A model generated the notes under the pieces. It was not told the origin of the DNA. It made no database searches and saw nothing but the letters and a program-made list of their open reading frames with translations. A stretch of DNA of 64,000 bases, taken from assembly GCA_052426225.1 (NCBI GenBank), contig JBNJNM010000009.1, forward strand, positions 558,001 to 622,000, given 5' to 3'. Positions 62,109 to 64,000 of this stretch are shown in pieces (the first letter of the stretch is position 1; each line of letters begins with the position of its first letter). The position numbers and the translations under genes are program-made. The stretch is from Zancudomyces culisetae HAW-14-8 (Eukaryota; Fungi; Kickxellomycota).

Positions 62109-62954
62109 TGTCGTAATAATCATAATTCGTGTAACCATGATTATTAAGTTCATCATGTGTCATACCAGTTCGGGTATGACCACTTGATGAAGATGCACCA
62201 CTACCCCGTAGTGTGATGTGCATATTAGGGTGCTCGGGTGAGCTGTTTCCCCTATACAATGTCGGTGAGATACTGCTCACGGACATTGGTTCTGGGCTCC
62301 TACGGATTTGGAGTTGACGGACACTTTCTGTCAACTCCCCAAGAGTCCGAGGACTTAAAACCCCAGTCTCTTGGTCCATGCTACTAGCCGTGCTCAGGCT
62401 GGAGCTAGTTTCAGAATCCCTCTTGGATTTGCTCTTGGTATAAAAGAAATAGTTCATGATGTTTGGTTATTTATTATATGTATATACTTTTAAAGTTTGT
62501 TTTATTGAGTTTATTAACTATACTATTTAATCCGTAAAGTAGGACATGGATAAAGTTACCTAATAGACTACTCTATCAATTATATATATGATTAAAAACT
62601 TAAATGCTAACCTAGTTTTTCAATATAATAAATTAACTATAAACTATTATTATGCTGTTAAGTATGCTAATAGTTTTGTTCCATAATTGCAGCATACGTG
62701 CAATTAAGATTATGTGTGGGAACACATAATCATTAAAATTATTTGATGTTCAGTATGAAAACATATTTCGTACTAGAATCATCATTATTGAATGGACTCA
62801 GCATGTAGAATTTATTTCATGCTGAGTCGAAATTAATTTGAACAAATATTTAAACGACAATAAAAATTATAAAAATTGGCATTCCGCAATGAGTGTACAA
62901 CAAAATTTCTTGTACACTATTCGATTTTGCATTACAATTCGGCTTATTGCGACA
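62109..62954. repeat. Solo LTR L (846 bp), 7 nt upstream of tRNA-Glu
   Basis: TGTCGTAATAA...TTATTGCGACA (10/11 inverted match); perfect TSD AGTT (62105-62108, 62955-62958). Confidence 0.87.
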
Positions 62955-62958
62955 AGTT

Positions 62959-63355
62959 TGATATAGCTTTCTAAATATATGTTTAAAAATAGACTATTAG
63001 CTAAACTATTATTTAATACTTATTAATTATAACAAAATCTTTAAATATTGTTTAGATAATACTGTGTTAATTTTAATAAAAGATTGGTGTCGTTACCATT
63101 TTGGATACTAAATCCTTCTTTTTATATTGAAATGACTATAAACATAAATGTTGTATAAAAGTATTCTAAAGTATAAAATATTCTCGATATTAGAAAAAGT
63201 CTAAAAACTAATTCGAGATTCCTAGTAATAAAAACTTATATTAAATATATAATTAAACGTTATCTAGAAAGTAATTAATAAAGTTTTAATAATTTGATAA
63301 TAATTGTTGTATTAACTCAATTCTAGATGAGGTGTACTTCTCTAAAAATATATCA
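62959..63355. repeat. Solo LTR M
   Basis: TGATATA...TATATCA ends; flanks AGTT/TGTT. Confidence 0.72.
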
Positions 63356-63360
63356 TGTTT

Positions 63361-64000
63361 TGTTAGCGAAACACAGGTTTACATCACAATATTGTTTATT
63401 ATATATTTATTTTGATAGATATACTATACTAAGTACTATGTTTAATATTGATTTCACTATAGTAACTATGCTAAAACAAATAGACCAAATTTAAATAAAC
63501 TATATTTATTTGATGATGTAATACTAAATGATTATCTAGCCATATTTATACATTTTAAAAATGACTATTACAATATTCTGAAATAATTTTATACAAATTA
63601 ATAAAATAATCCTATAAAATATATATTAAATTGAACTAGTGTGTTGCTGTAGAAAAAATCCAGAATGATAAAAAAAACTAGGCAACACATAATATAATAA
63701 ATAACCTATACTAAATAATATCTTATATTAAATGATAAACTAAATATTAATATAAAAGTATATGAATAACTGGTAAGTTAAAATTATATAATGACTAGAG
63801 GTAGCTCTAGCCACTATATAACAGTACGCCCTCCCTTAAGCGTGGATGCCCTCATCCCGCTCTCGATTTTTAAACCATTTTAATTTTGATTTGAGTGTTG
63901 TAGTCACTTCGGGGATCATGTTTGTACTTGAAATATACTTCTTCAGCATGTCGCCATTGACCAACTCTCGATTTCCGTTGAGGTCAAATATTATATAAGC
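63361..64000 (-). mobile_element. Family A-related element: 3' LTR (63361-63823) and integrase C-terminus, continuing beyond the window
   Basis: Reverse-complement similarity to 4800-5426; encodes NMIPEVTTTLKSKLKWFKNRERDEGIHA. Confidence 0.92.

Overview
AT-rich eukaryotic DNA, most likely fungal (an inference from the tRNAs, the Tf1-like chromoviruses and the L1/Tc1 content). No host protein-coding gene is recognisable. The only host genes are seven tRNAs at four loci, and three of those loci are tandem pairs with only 1-2 nt spacers (Ser-Gly, Pro-Cys, Glu-iMet). Directly upstream of each locus is a stack of Ty3/Gypsy LTR retrotransposons and solo LTRs from many families. These end 6-9 nt before the mature tRNA 5' end, are co-oriented with the tRNA wherever orientation can be read, and are joined by overlapping 4-bp TSDs. 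Each new insertion appears to push the older ones outward, so the stacks form a chronological record. Their integrases share a C-terminal M(I/V/L)PE(V/I)...LxxK(L/I)xx(F/Y) motif, a candidate Pol III-targeting determinant. A second group, chromodomain-bearing self-priming chromoviruses and solo LTRs with 5-bp TSDs, inserts inside the first group. One L1-type non-LTR element and three Tc1/mariner elements are also present. Coordinates were read by eye and may be off by a few nt in degenerate elements.
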